A stretch of 64,000 nt of DNA from an uncultured Oscillospiraceae bacterium (lineage in GTDB: Bacteria; Bacillota; Clostridia; Peptostreptococcales; Anaerovoracaceae), in the NCBI GenBank assembly GCA_964438605.1, contig CAYTKT010000005.1, forward strand, positions 2,395-66,394. The letters are read 5' to 3'. Every line of letters starts with the position of its first letter. The stretch's first letter is position 1. Shown here piece after piece: positions 46,122 to 56,018 of the stretch. Position numbers and translations under genes: made by a program. The notes under the pieces are model-generated. The model did no database searches and had not been told where the DNA came from. It saw only the letters and a program-made list of their open reading frames with translations.

Positions 46122-46438
46122 CGCCCACCGGCTACATGACAGGAAAAAAATGTGCGGATGCTCATTCATACAGCATCGCCCGGACATAAAGCGCCCGCAT
46201 ACACACCGGCGAGCGCCATCCAGACATAAAACGTCCGAATGTCCATAAGACCCGCGGCGCATCAGGCACGAAAACGCCCGGTTATACACTGGTACATTTT
46301 ACGCGTATGTAAAAGCAGCAAACCCATCGTTTTCCGCATAAAACTCGAATTTTGCATGCATTTTCATACAATCCGGCGTATAGACGTATAACGACAAGCC
46401 GACGTATACAGATTGCATTTTAAAGAGGAACAAATTAA

Positions 46439-47185
46439 ATGAAAAGTGAAACAAGGCAAATCCTAAAAGCCGTCAGCTGTGGCGAAATGTCCGTGGACGA
46501 GGCGCTGCTGAAAATAAAGACGGAGCCCTTTGAGGAACTCGGCTTCGCAAAAGTCGATCTCCATCGCAAGATTCGCCAGGGAACTGCCGAGGTCATTTAC
46601 GGCGCCGGCAAAACGGCCGGCCAGATTATCGAAATTATTGGCGCCATGAAGAAAAACGGCCAGGATAAAATTCTGATTACCCGCCTCAGTGCAGAATCGG
46701 CGGCAGCCATAGCTGAAATACATAAAATAAAATATTACGAAGACGCCAGAGCCGGCATCGTCGGTGAAATACCGCCTGCCGACGGCATCGGAAAAATTGT
46801 CATCGCTACCGGCGGAACGAGCGATATTCCCGTCGCACAGGAAGCCGCGCTGACGGCTGAAATTCTCGGAAATGAAACGATTCGTCTCTACGATGTAGGA
46901 GTTGCGGGGCTTCACCGCCTCCTCGCCCACAAAGAAGAAATCATGAGCGCCAGCGTCATCATCGCTATCGCCGGCATGGAAGGCGCTTTGGCCAGCGTCA
47001 TCGGCGGTCTGGCCGACTGTCCGGTCATCGCAGTTCCCACCAGCATCGGATATGGCGCGTCATTCGGCGGTCTGTCGGCGCTTCTTTCCATGCTGAATTC
47101 ATGCGCCAGCGGTGTTTCCGTCGTCAATATTGACAACGGCTTCGGTGCGGGCTACATCGCCAGTATGATCAATCATATGAAATAA
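46439..47185 (+). CDS. larB: nickel-pincer cofactor biosynthesis protein LarB (PurE-like carboxylase/hydrolase)
   Basis: 248 aa with an N-terminal LarB extension plus an AIR-carboxylase fold (IATGGTSDIPVAQEAA, AIAGMEGALASV). Confidence 0.85.
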   Translation: MKSETRQILKAVSCGEMSVDEALLKIKTEPFEELGFAKVDLHRKIRQGTAEVIYGAGKTAGQIIEIIGAMKKNGQDKILITRLSAESAAAIAEIHKIKYYEDARAGIVGEIPPADGIGKIVIATGGTSDIPVAQEAALTAEILGNETIRLYDVGVAGLHRLLAHKEEIMSASVIIAIAGMEGALASVIGGLADCPVIAVPTSIGYGASFGGLSALLSMLNSCASGVSVVNIDNGFGAGYIASMINHMK

Positions 47186-47248
47186 CGGCGAGCTCTATCT
47201 GATATTCTGCTTCGCAAACATTGTAAAATTTATTTCACGGAGGACGCG

Positions 47249-48658
47249 ATGAAAATATTATATCTCAACTGCTCCATGGGCGCGTCGGGCGATATGCTGG
47301 CGGCCGCTCTGACAGAGCTTCTGCCCGATCCGGAGGAATTTCTCGCGGAAATCAACTCTCTGAAAATTCCCGGCGTAAAAATTGAAATGGAGCCTGCCGT
47401 CAAATGCGGAATTGCAGGAACACACATCACCGTATCTGTCGAAGGCAAACAGGAAAATGAAGCGTTATCCGGCCATTCGCATGAAGATGACCACATTCAT
47501 CCGCATGAGCGCGAACATAACAATCCATATTATCACGAGCATAATCATTTAAATCCAAATAATTTAGAAAATAATAATTTTCTATCCAGCGAGTTCAATG
47601 ATAATCCTATTCAAATTCATACGCACCATCACAGTGGGATGACGGAAATAAGCCACATCGTAAATGACTTCAATCTTCCTGAAAATGTAAAGCAAGATAT
47701 TCTAACGGTTTTCGGCCTGATTGCCGAAGCGGAGAGCGCCGTTCACGGTACTCCCGTTCCTGAAATCCATTTTCACGAGGTTGGCACAATGGACGCCATC
47801 GTCGATGTCACTGCTGTCTGTATGCTGATGAACAAAATTGCTGCCGACGAGGTAATCGTATCGCCTATCCATGTGGGCAGCGGCCAAGTCAGGTGCGCTC
47901 ACGGAATTCTTCCCGTTCCCGCTCCGGCAACAGCATATATTTTAAAAAACATTCCGATTTACGGCGGCAAAATCGACGGCGAACTCTGTACGCCGACAGG
48001 CGCTGCCCTGCTCAGACATTTCGCAACGAAATTCGGCGATATGCCCGTCATGAAGACGAATGCCATCGGATACGGCATGGGAACAAAAGATTTTGAAGCG
48101 GCTAATTGTCTGCGCGCCATGCTCGGTGAAACCGTTAAAACCGGCAAAACGAAAACTACCGGTTGTTCCCGCACCCTGCCCGGTGAAGTTTGCGAAGCGG
48201 AGAATCGTTCAAATATCGTGCTGGAACTCTCGTGCAACGTCGATGACATGACAGCTGAAGCCATCGGCTTTGCAATGAAACGCCTGCTCGAAGGCGGTGC
48301 CCTCGAAGTCTACACTGTTCCCATCGTGATGAAAAAATCCCGTCCCGGTACGCTGATCCGCGTCATGTGTCAGGAGGATAAGCGCGAGGAAATGATTACC
48401 CTGTTGTTCTTGCATACGACAACAATCGGCATCCGCGAAACGATTACGCACCGCTACATTCTAAAACGTGAAATCGAAACATTCAACACACCTTACGGCA
48501 GCGTCCGCCGCAAAAATTCAACCGGGTACAACATAACCCGTTCAAAATGGGAATACGACGATCTGGCGCGTATTGCAAAAGAAAAAAACACGAGCTTTGA
48601 AAACGCACGTCAGCTCGTGGAAGAATCAATAGAATCGCAATCCGACAAATCCGATTGA
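47249..48658 (+). CDS. larC: nickel insertion protein LarC (single ORF, His-rich loop)
   Basis: MKILYLNCSMGASGDM start, a His-rich segment (HSHEDDHIHPHEREHNNPYYHEHNH...HTHHH), and EVGTMDAIVD. Confidence 0.9.
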   Translation: MKILYLNCSMGASGDMLAAALTELLPDPEEFLAEINSLKIPGVKIEMEPAVKCGIAGTHITVSVEGKQENEALSGHSHEDDHIHPHEREHNNPYYHEHNHLNPNNLENNNFLSSEFNDNPIQIHTHHHSGMTEISHIVNDFNLPENVKQDILTVFGLIAEAESAVHGTPVPEIHFHEVGTMDAIVDVTAVCMLMNKIAADEVIVSPIHVGSGQVRCAHGILPVPAPATAYILKNIPIYGGKIDGELCTPTGAALLRHFATKFGDMPVMKTNAIGYGMGTKDFEAANCLRAMLGETVKTGKTKTTGCSRTLPGEVCEAENRSNIVLELSCNVDDMTAEAIGFAMKRLLEGGALEVYTVPIVMKKSRPGTLIRVMCQEDKREEMITLLFLHTTTIGIRETITHRYILKREIETFNTPYGSVRRKNSTGYNITRSKWEYDDLARIAKEKNTSFENARQLVEESIESQSDKSD

Positions 48659-48903
48659 TTTTTTATAAATAATTCTAATATTCTATATAATTTTTTAGTC
48701 TAATCCAATTAAAAGTAATGTATAACCTCAAAAACATCTTTTTCTGAATAAAAGCATCGCGTTTGTCCGACCCAAGACACGGCTGGACAAGCGCGGCCTC
48801 TCGATTTCACAAATTACAACGTAAATTTCAATGCAAACTGCAAACAACAATTTGAACTTATGCGGATTTGTTTCGCGACTGGAAAACATTCTGCGGCAGA
48901 ACG

Positions 48904-48943
48904 GAAAAAGGAGCTGTTGCAGTCGAAACCACAACAACTCCTC
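48904..48943 (-). terminator. intrinsic terminator downstream of the MFS gene
   Basis: The minus strand reads AGGAGTTGTTG-N-CAACAGCTCCTTTTTCCG. Confidence 0.5.
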
Positions 48944-49041
48944 TTAATTTCTGAATTTTTCAGAACAAACTTTTTAAAACTTTAATTTACAGTTAAAATC
49001 CAAATTGTAATCAATCTCCAAACAAGATTCTATCTTCTATC

Positions 49042-50259
49042 TTATTTTTTCACCTTGGACATTGCTCTGTAAACGAATGTGAGAGCAAAACCAACGATAG
49101 CGAGAACGAGTGCAATCAGGATTGCGATGCTGTAAGAACTGTTATTTTCATACTGGCTCTGCATGATCATAGGTCCAATTACTCCCGCAACGGAGAAGGC
49201 GATGAACATGATACCATAATTTACACCATTGTTCTTAGCACCAAACTGGTCAGCGGTAAATCCTGGATATACACCCATATAAGCGCCGAAGCAGAAACCT
49301 ACCATGCAGACTCCGATAATATACATCGTCTTGCTCGGATCACCGATACCGGATTTCCAAACGAGAGCCAGACCTATGATCGCAAGGACGAGACATCCAG
49401 CAAGCGTATTGATTCTGCCGATTTTATCGGAAATGAAACCGCAGAGTACACGTCCCGCTGCATTAAACAAAGCAAGAATCGATACTGTCGTTGCAGCCGC
49501 TGCCGCAGTCATTCCGATCATGTTCTGAGATACGAGCGAACACTGCGATATCATCATCAAACCGAAGAATGCACCGCAGATAAGCATAATGAACATTACC
49601 CAGAAAATAGGGTCTTTTATCATCTGATTCCAGTTCTTATCCTGAGGAGCTTTCACACCTGCTGCAGGAGCCGGCGGAACGTAACCTTCCGGAACGAAAC
49701 CTTCCGGACATTTCGTAATCAGGAACGCGCCAACGCAGATTACTACGAGATAAACGATACCTAATATTTTGAATGTAGTCTGGACAGTCAGCTGCTCGAC
49801 CATCATACGAGCCACAGGCGCAAGGATTACGGAACCAAGACCATAGGTTGCTGTTGTAAGACCGCCTACCATCCCTCTCTTATCCGGGAAGAACTTCACT
49901 GTGTTGCCGATGGTACAGCTGTAAACCAGACCCATACCAAGACCGAGGATTACTCCGTATGCGATGACCAGCATAGGTAAACTCTTCGAAAAACCTGCAA
50001 TAAATGCGCCGCCGCCGAACATCAGTCCGCCGATAAATACGACCCATTTAGGTCCGAGCATATCGTTGATTTTGCCGCCGGCAATCATCGTGATGAAGCC
50101 GACCGCGTTACATACCGTGAATGCCATAGTTGCAGGTGTGCCGTTGAATACTTCCTGCCAAGGACCTGCGAATACGCTCCAGGCATATCCAGTACCGATA
50201 ATAATGTTGACGATACAACTTACTACCAGTACGATCCATCTTCTTTTGTTATAATCCAT
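49042..50259 (-). CDS. MFS transporter, oxalate/formate antiporter (OFA)-like family
   Basis: 405 aa with 12 TM segments. The N-terminus RRWIVLVVSCIVNIIIGTGYAWSVF is typical of OFA-type MFS. Confidence 0.8.
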   Translation of the reverse strand: MDYNKRRWIVLVVSCIVNIIIGTGYAWSVFAGPWQEVFNGTPATMAFTVCNAVGFITMIAGGKINDMLGPKWVVFIGGLMFGGGAFIAGFSKSLPMLVIAYGVILGLGMGLVYSCTIGNTVKFFPDKRGMVGGLTTATYGLGSVILAPVARMMVEQLTVQTTFKILGIVYLVVICVGAFLITKCPEGFVPEGYVPPAPAAGVKAPQDKNWNQMIKDPIFWVMFIMLICGAFFGLMMISQCSLVSQNMIGMTAAAAATTVSILALFNAAGRVLCGFISDKIGRINTLAGCLVLAIIGLALVWKSGIGDPSKTMYIIGVCMVGFCFGAYMGVYPGFTADQFGAKNNGVNYGIMFIAFSVAGVIGPMIMQSQYENNSSYSIAILIALVLAIVGFALTFVYRAMSKVKK

Positions 50260-50632
50260 AACAATCTCCTTTCGATAAAATATGTAATTAGACCGTATAC
50301 CGAATAATTAGCTGATTACCCGATATAATCCGCCAGAAGCAGCCGCCTTGCAGCCCAGTCTGTCGGAAAGCTGCCATCCAAAACATCGGCCAAAATGCCC
50401 GGACGACATTGTGAATAATTGTGAATAAATGAATAAAATAAGTTTACATCAGTGCACTAATCGTAACTCTTAACATATCGCGCCAAGGCGCCCTTTTCTT
50501 TCGGCATCTGCCGCGAATCGCCTGCCTTTCAAAGATATTTGCAAGAATTATTTTACTTGCCTCAGTTGAAGAAATAAACGGCACACGATAATCAATAATG
50601 CCAGTCGCTTTTTGCGAAAAACTGTCTGCCAT

Positions 50633-50661
50633 TTGCATGTTTTCTTTCACTGTGGTATAAT
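50633..50661 (+). promoter_or_regulatory. strong promoter-like element TTGCAT-N17-(TGg)TATAAT
   Basis: TTGCAT at 50633..50638, TGG at 50653..50655, and TATAAT at 50656..50661. It lies 355 nt upstream of the hxlR-family gene. Confidence 0.4.
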
Positions 50662-51015
50662 AGAGTTTGCAAATATATTTCCGCTTTGGGCATATCATGC
50701 ATATGCATAACAATGCCTGAGCGCGGACATCTCCAGCTTCAGCGAAAACCCGCCGTCTGCCCTGCGGACGGTCTGATTCCGCAAAACAGATGTCGTTTTA
50801 AATGCCGCTTCAGGACAAAGATGTAAAACCTCCGCCCTGATATTTTTATATTAAAATATTATTGTCGGAATATCAATACTTACTTTTTTGTAACCGATTA
50901 CCTGTAAGTAGTCAGTTGACAAATAATTTGTATTGATTTTATTAGGCTAATATATTTTTCGTATACATACCAATCCGATTTTGTATGATCTGAGCGGCAA
51001 AGGGGGAGTTTAAGT

Positions 51016-51525
51016 ATGCCTAAAATTCAAAAAGGAGAGTTTCCCTACAATCATTTTTTCAAAATGATCAGCGGTAAATGGAAGCCTTATATCCTCGTCG
51101 CCATCGACTACGAGGGGAGCATCCGTTTTAACGCGATTCTGAAATTCTGGGGAGAAATTTCCAGTAAAGTTCTTTCCCAAAATCTGAAAGAACTCGAAGA
51201 AGACGGATTGATCAGCCGATTCTGTGACCCCGACGTCAAACAACATGTCGAATATCGTCTCACCGAAAACGGAAAACGAATCATGCCGGTCATTAAGGAG
51301 ATTTACAAATATTCCATCGACGACATGATCGAAAAGGACATCCTGATCGATTCCCGCGCTTTCGATTATTACAACCCCGCCCACAAAGGCGAAAATCAGC
51401 AATCTGTTTCGAAAAGCGCCGGGAAAAAGTTGGACGGAAGTCCAAAAAAAGCCGCAGCCGTGATCGCTGCGGATGAAACGGAACTTCCCCTGAGCGCAGG
51501 CGCCATATCGCACGAAACCATCTGA
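51016..51525 (+). CDS. HxlR-family winged-helix transcriptional regulator with C-terminal extension
   Basis: GKWKPYILVAI...SKVLSQNLKELEEDGLISR matches the HxlR pattern. RBS AAGGGGGAG. Confidence 0.8.
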   Translation: MPKIQKGEFPYNHFFKMISGKWKPYILVAIDYEGSIRFNAILKFWGEISSKVLSQNLKELEEDGLISRFCDPDVKQHVEYRLTENGKRIMPVIKEIYKYSIDDMIEKDILIDSRAFDYYNPAHKGENQQSVSKSAGKKLDGSPKKAAAVIAADETELPLSAGAISHETI

Positions 51526-51726
51526 CCGTTCGTCTTTTTCTATTGTCCGCACTTTTGCGGATTATTCGGCGGAATTGCAAATTCGGCCGCATGACGTCTA
51601 TGCAATGATACACAATTATATTTTATTTATCTTTCATATTTTATCTGCATCGCGCGCCGCATACCTGCATACGGTACCGGCGCGCGTTTTCCATGCTTTT
51701 CATATTTTACATATTATATAATATTT

Positions 51727-54432
51727 TTATAGCGTTGCAATTCGCGCCAAAGCAGCCCTGTTTGAAATGCCCAGCCGCGCATAAATATTTGAAAGATTTT
51801 TCTTCACCGTAATCTCAGCGATATTCAGCGATGCTGCAATTTCGGCGTTCGTCTTGCCTTCAGCGACAAGCTGTGCGATCTCTTGCTCCCGCTTCGTCAT
51901 CAGACCAGGCGGCATTTCGTCATTGCCGCCGGAAACGGCTGATAGTCCTGCTTTACAACGACGCGTCGCCGCGAAGACATCTTGCATGAAATCCATCAAA
52001 TCCACCGCACTCAAACCGCATCTCATTTCTTCTATAATCGGCACGACGTCAGTCGCGTTTTCCACAAAAGGCATGACAAACCCGTCAGGTTCTGCAAGTT
52101 GCAGCGCGATCTCTGCCATCTTCACTGCCGTTTTCTTATCTCCGATCTTCCAGTGCGCTGCCGCCGTGTAAATCCTAAAATAAATTTCTGTCAAAAGATG
52201 CGGTATTTTCTTTAAAGATTCCACCAGTCGTTCGGATTCGCCAAGAAACCGTGTGTATTCGCCACGTTCCAGCAAAGCTTTGCCATAAACGACACAGAGA
52301 AACTGATATGCCGGCAAATAAAGTGTTTTTTCGTCAAAATCGCCGTCAGCAATCCAATCACTGATCAATTCCGGTCTGTGAAATACAGCACCGACAAACC
52401 CGCGTACGAGCTCCGCCGCAGAAAACAAAACACTGTTCCGATCCGCTTCTGCCCGTTTCGACACTTCCTCAAGAATCTGGATTCCCTTTTCCGCTCTGCC
52501 CCAAAGCATCAGAATACGAATATACAGAAAATCAGCACAAAGCTTGATTTCCTCCTGCTGTTCCTCTCCCGCCATCCGGGAAACTCTGTGCGCCAGAATC
52601 TCCGCGCTGTTCATATTTCCCCGGCAATATTCGCTCTCGGCTTTCAGCATAAAATCCGCCCCGAAGCCGCTGCGCCCGGACAGCTTATAATAAAGCTTGC
52701 GGCTGTCATGTATTTTCTCCGTCAATTCACGGGCAGAACCCGCTTCTCTGTAATACATCTGTAACACAGACGGTGAACCCCACGTCCAGCTGGCGCGCCT
52801 GTCCTCAAGAGCCGACGGCCACGTCAGTAGTTCTGAAGCTTTCTGCCAGTATTCTTCCATCCGACTAATCTCATTATATGCGAGACTCGCAAGAAACATA
52901 TAATATTCTCCTCTCAATTCGCGCTTCCTGCTTTCGGAAAAAGAATCTCTCTCAAAATAATACCTGATGTCGCCCATAACACGCTCAAGCCGCTCTGTTT
53001 CATTTAGCAGAAAAAGCTGGCGCGCATACAACAGCACGGCAAGCGGATGATTGCGGCGAATCGATGCCGGGCACGCGTCAAACGCATCTTCCATCAGTCT
53101 GAGGTCGGCCGGCGACAGACCCGCTGCCCTGTCCCGTTCAAATGCTTTCAGCATTTCATTGTAATCATGACTGTAATAATAACATTTCGCAGCCTGACTG
53201 TAATTTCTATTAAGATAATACCAGTCGGCACCGTTCCGGAAAACCTCCCGCACGTATTCGCGCCGCTGTTCTGCCAGTCTTCCGCGCAGAAACGAAGCAA
53301 AAAGATTATGAATATGATAAACGCCGGTTCGCCGATCATAGCGGATAAAACCGCCCATATCGACAATTTTATCGAGAATACGCGACGGATCAGCCTTTCT
53401 TCTGACAAAACGAGCCTGTTCTTTCGTAAATTCGGGAAATATGCTGACACGCAGCAAAAAATCTTTCTGATCAGCTGTAAGCCCGCTGTACTGAGATGTT
53501 TCAAAAAGCCTGTCCATATTTTCCTCTATGGCAAAAGCGCCTTCCGCCTGCGTCCGCAAAACGGACAGATAAAGGGCGCTGACCCAGCCTTCCGTGCGAC
53601 TGTAAAGGCGGTCCGCCTGAGGCTGCGTCAGCCGGACGCCGCAGAGCTCAAAATAATTGGCACATTCCTGTTCCGTCAGCTGAAAATCCTTTTCCGTTAT
53701 CGTAAACAGGCGGCGTTTGAGCTGAAGTTCCTCTCTGCCGCTGTCAAAATGACTTCTGCCTGCCAGAATGAATCGCAGCATCACGCCGCCGGTACTTCCA
53801 GCTGTTTTAATACTGCCGGAAACATTCGATTTTCTAACATTTTCTTTTCCAGTATTTATATCTACTTCTATTGTATTTTCACCGTTTCCAACGTCCAACA
53901 AACTTATTTCGTTCTTTGCATCGCCAGCTGCAGCATGAGCAACGGTATCAGTGCTGGAAGCATGATCAGTATTTTTCGGATTTTTTATATTCCCATGATT
54001 TTCAATATTCCTGGCAACTGCCTCAAAAAAACGGTTCAGCTTCTGCGACGCAGCCTTATGATAATCGTCGATTACAAAAATTACCGGATACTCAACCATC
54101 TCCGCCGTTTCGGCAATCCATCCTGCCGCCTGCTCCGCCAGAAAATCCGTTTCAGGAAATCCCGCCTCGCGCAGCAGAAGACTTTTCTGCTGCGCGAGGC
54201 GGGAAAACAATGCACAAAACTGATTCCAAAAGTAATCCTGAGACGGATCGACGGCTGTCATCCATATGTAGGCAGCCTGCTTTTCTGCGAGATATTTCCT
54301 GAGCGCCACCGTCTTGCCGTATCCCATCGGCGCCTCCATGACGGTCAGCGGATATCGTTCCGTCTTTTTCATGAGCTTTCTGAGACGCGGCGGAAGATAA
54401 ACCGCTTCCGTATCAACTTTTAATCTGCCCAT
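51727..54432 (-). CDS. MalT-like STAND ATPase / LuxR-family transcriptional regulator (second copy)
   Basis: P-loop APMGYGKTVAL, a long helical region, and a C-terminal LuxR HTH (MTKREQEIAQLVAEGKTNAEIAASLNIAEITVKKNL). RBS AGGAGG. Confidence 0.8.
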   Translation of the reverse strand: MGRLKVDTEAVYLPPRLRKLMKKTERYPLTVMEAPMGYGKTVALRKYLAEKQAAYIWMTAVDPSQDYFWNQFCALFSRLAQQKSLLLREAGFPETDFLAEQAAGWIAETAEMVEYPVIFVIDDYHKAASQKLNRFFEAVARNIENHGNIKNPKNTDHASSTDTVAHAAAGDAKNEISLLDVGNGENTIEVDINTGKENVRKSNVSGSIKTAGSTGGVMLRFILAGRSHFDSGREELQLKRRLFTITEKDFQLTEQECANYFELCGVRLTQPQADRLYSRTEGWVSALYLSVLRTQAEGAFAIEENMDRLFETSQYSGLTADQKDFLLRVSIFPEFTKEQARFVRRKADPSRILDKIVDMGGFIRYDRRTGVYHIHNLFASFLRGRLAEQRREYVREVFRNGADWYYLNRNYSQAAKCYYYSHDYNEMLKAFERDRAAGLSPADLRLMEDAFDACPASIRRNHPLAVLLYARQLFLLNETERLERVMGDIRYYFERDSFSESRKRELRGEYYMFLASLAYNEISRMEEYWQKASELLTWPSALEDRRASWTWGSPSVLQMYYREAGSARELTEKIHDSRKLYYKLSGRSGFGADFMLKAESEYCRGNMNSAEILAHRVSRMAGEEQQEEIKLCADFLYIRILMLWGRAEKGIQILEEVSKRAEADRNSVLFSAAELVRGFVGAVFHRPELISDWIADGDFDEKTLYLPAYQFLCVVYGKALLERGEYTRFLGESERLVESLKKIPHLLTEIYFRIYTAAAHWKIGDKKTAVKMAEIALQLAEPDGFVMPFVENATDVVPIIEEMRCGLSAVDLMDFMQDVFAATRRCKAGLSAVSGGNDEMPPGLMTKREQEIAQLVAEGKTNAEIAASLNIAEITVKKNLSNIYARLGISNRAALARIATL

Positions 54433-54486
54433 CCTTTTCCTCCTGTAAGCTGCCTGCGCTGCATTATCTTATTTTCTATTTCCCTG

Positions 54487-54765
54487 AAAGTGGCCTTTCG
54501 CCGCTGCCTCATACTTTGTCTATTTTTTTGGCAGGCGGCTCGCGCCGTTGCCCGCGCATTTTCTCTATTTATCCGCATTATCCTCAGTTCTTCTGCATCG
54601 CGTTTTCACATTTTTTTATTTCTCTGCAGGCGGCTTTTCGCCGCCGCTTCGTGCTTTTCCTATTTTTCCGCAGGCGGCTCGCACCGTTGCCCGCGCATTT
54701 TCTCTATTTATCCGCATTATCCTCAGTTCCTCTGCATCGCGTTTTCACATTTTCTCATTTCCCCG
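54487..54765. repeat. 2 x 139-bp tandem duplication (intergenic)
   Basis: GCAGGCGGCTCGCRCCGTTGCCCGCGCATTTTCTCTATTTATCCGCATTATCCTCAGTTCYTCTGCATCGCGTTTTCACATTTT occurs at 54531 and again at 54670, about 95% identical. The flanking sub-unit is also duplicated. Confidence 0.85.
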
Positions 54766-54799
54766 CGGGCCGCCTCTCACCATCGTCACGCACTTTTCA

Positions 54800-55981
54800 T
54801 CATTTTAAAATTTTTCCAAGAAACGAAATCCCGTTTTCCGGCATTCCGACGCCGAGATAATCGCAGACAGACGCTCCCACATCAGCAAAAGAGTTCAAAA
54901 CACCGAGATCAACCTGCCTGGCCACCTTTTCGCCGTACACGAGCAGCGGCACATATTCACGCGTGTGATTCCACCCGGAATGAACAGGATCGTTCCCGTG
55001 GTCGGCGCAGATGATCAGCAAGTCGTCATATCTCATCCTGTCGAGGACAGCCGGCAGCATGGCATCAAATTCCTCAAGCGCCGTAGCATATCCCGCCGGA
55101 TCCCTCCTGTGGCCATACATCGAATCAAAATCGATCAGATTCGTAAATATCAGTCCGTCTTCACACGACGCCATATATTCCGCAGTCCGGTACATTCCAT
55201 CGGCATTCCCGTTCGTAAAAACAGACGAGGTAATTCCCTTCCCGTTAAAAATGTCCTTGATCTTTCCAACGGCACAGACTTCCTGTCCCGCTGCGCTGAT
55301 CCGGTCCAGAATCGTATCGGCGTAAGGATCGAACGTATAATCATGACGGCCGCTGATCCTCGTATAAACGCCGTTTCGCTCGACAAAAGGCCGTGCGATA
55401 ACGCGCCCCACAAGCCATTCGCCCACCAGCAGCTTCCGAGCAATTTCGCAGTATTCATAAAGCTGTTCCATCGGAATGACTTCCACATTTGCTGCAATCT
55501 GAAAAACGCTGTCCGCCGATGTGTAAACAATCGGAAATCCGGTAGAACGGTGTTCATCGCCTAAAGCCTTAATAATTTCCGTGCCCGACGCCGAATAATT
55601 TCCGAGAACCTGACGGCCGATAGCAGCTTCAAACGCCGTGATGAACTCCTTCGGAAACCCCGTGTCAGTAAACGTTCTGAATGGTTCATCCATCAGAAGT
55701 CCACAAATCTCCCAGTGTCCCGTAATCGTGTCCTTGCCCTCGGAGCGCTCCGCCATTTTTCCAAATGCGCCGCGCACCCTGCCGCCGTAAGACGGCAGAC
55801 CGCTTCCGGGAATGGAAGACAATCCAAGAGACGACAGATTTGGAAGTCTGATCCCTGGATTCCTCTCAACAACATGGCCAATCGTGTTTGCCCCTGCATC
55901 GCCATAAAGCTGCGCGTCAGGCAGTGCACCGATGCCAACGCTGTCCATTACGATCAGTATCACTCTGTTTTTTTCATTCAT
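54800..55981 (-). CDS. deoB: phosphopentomutase
   Basis: 393 aa with the DeoB pattern: VILIVMDSVGIG, GHWE, ADHGNDP. Confidence 0.9.
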   Translation of the reverse strand: MNEKNRVILIVMDSVGIGALPDAQLYGDAGANTIGHVVERNPGIRLPNLSSLGLSSIPGSGLPSYGGRVRGAFGKMAERSEGKDTITGHWEICGLLMDEPFRTFTDTGFPKEFITAFEAAIGRQVLGNYSASGTEIIKALGDEHRSTGFPIVYTSADSVFQIAANVEVIPMEQLYEYCEIARKLLVGEWLVGRVIARPFVERNGVYTRISGRHDYTFDPYADTILDRISAAGQEVCAVGKIKDIFNGKGITSSVFTNGNADGMYRTAEYMASCEDGLIFTNLIDFDSMYGHRRDPAGYATALEEFDAMLPAVLDRMRYDDLLIICADHGNDPVHSGWNHTREYVPLLVYGEKVARQVDLGVLNSFADVGASVCDYLGVGMPENGISFLGKILK

Positions 55982-56018
55982 AATGTTTCCTGACCTTTAA
56001 TATATTGTAACATTTATT

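Noticed and set aside
50444-50713. 89-aa minus-strand ORF in the MFS/HxlR spacer.
   Set aside because: No RBS, atypical composition, and it overlaps the strong plus-strand promoter. This is more likely non-coding leader sequence.
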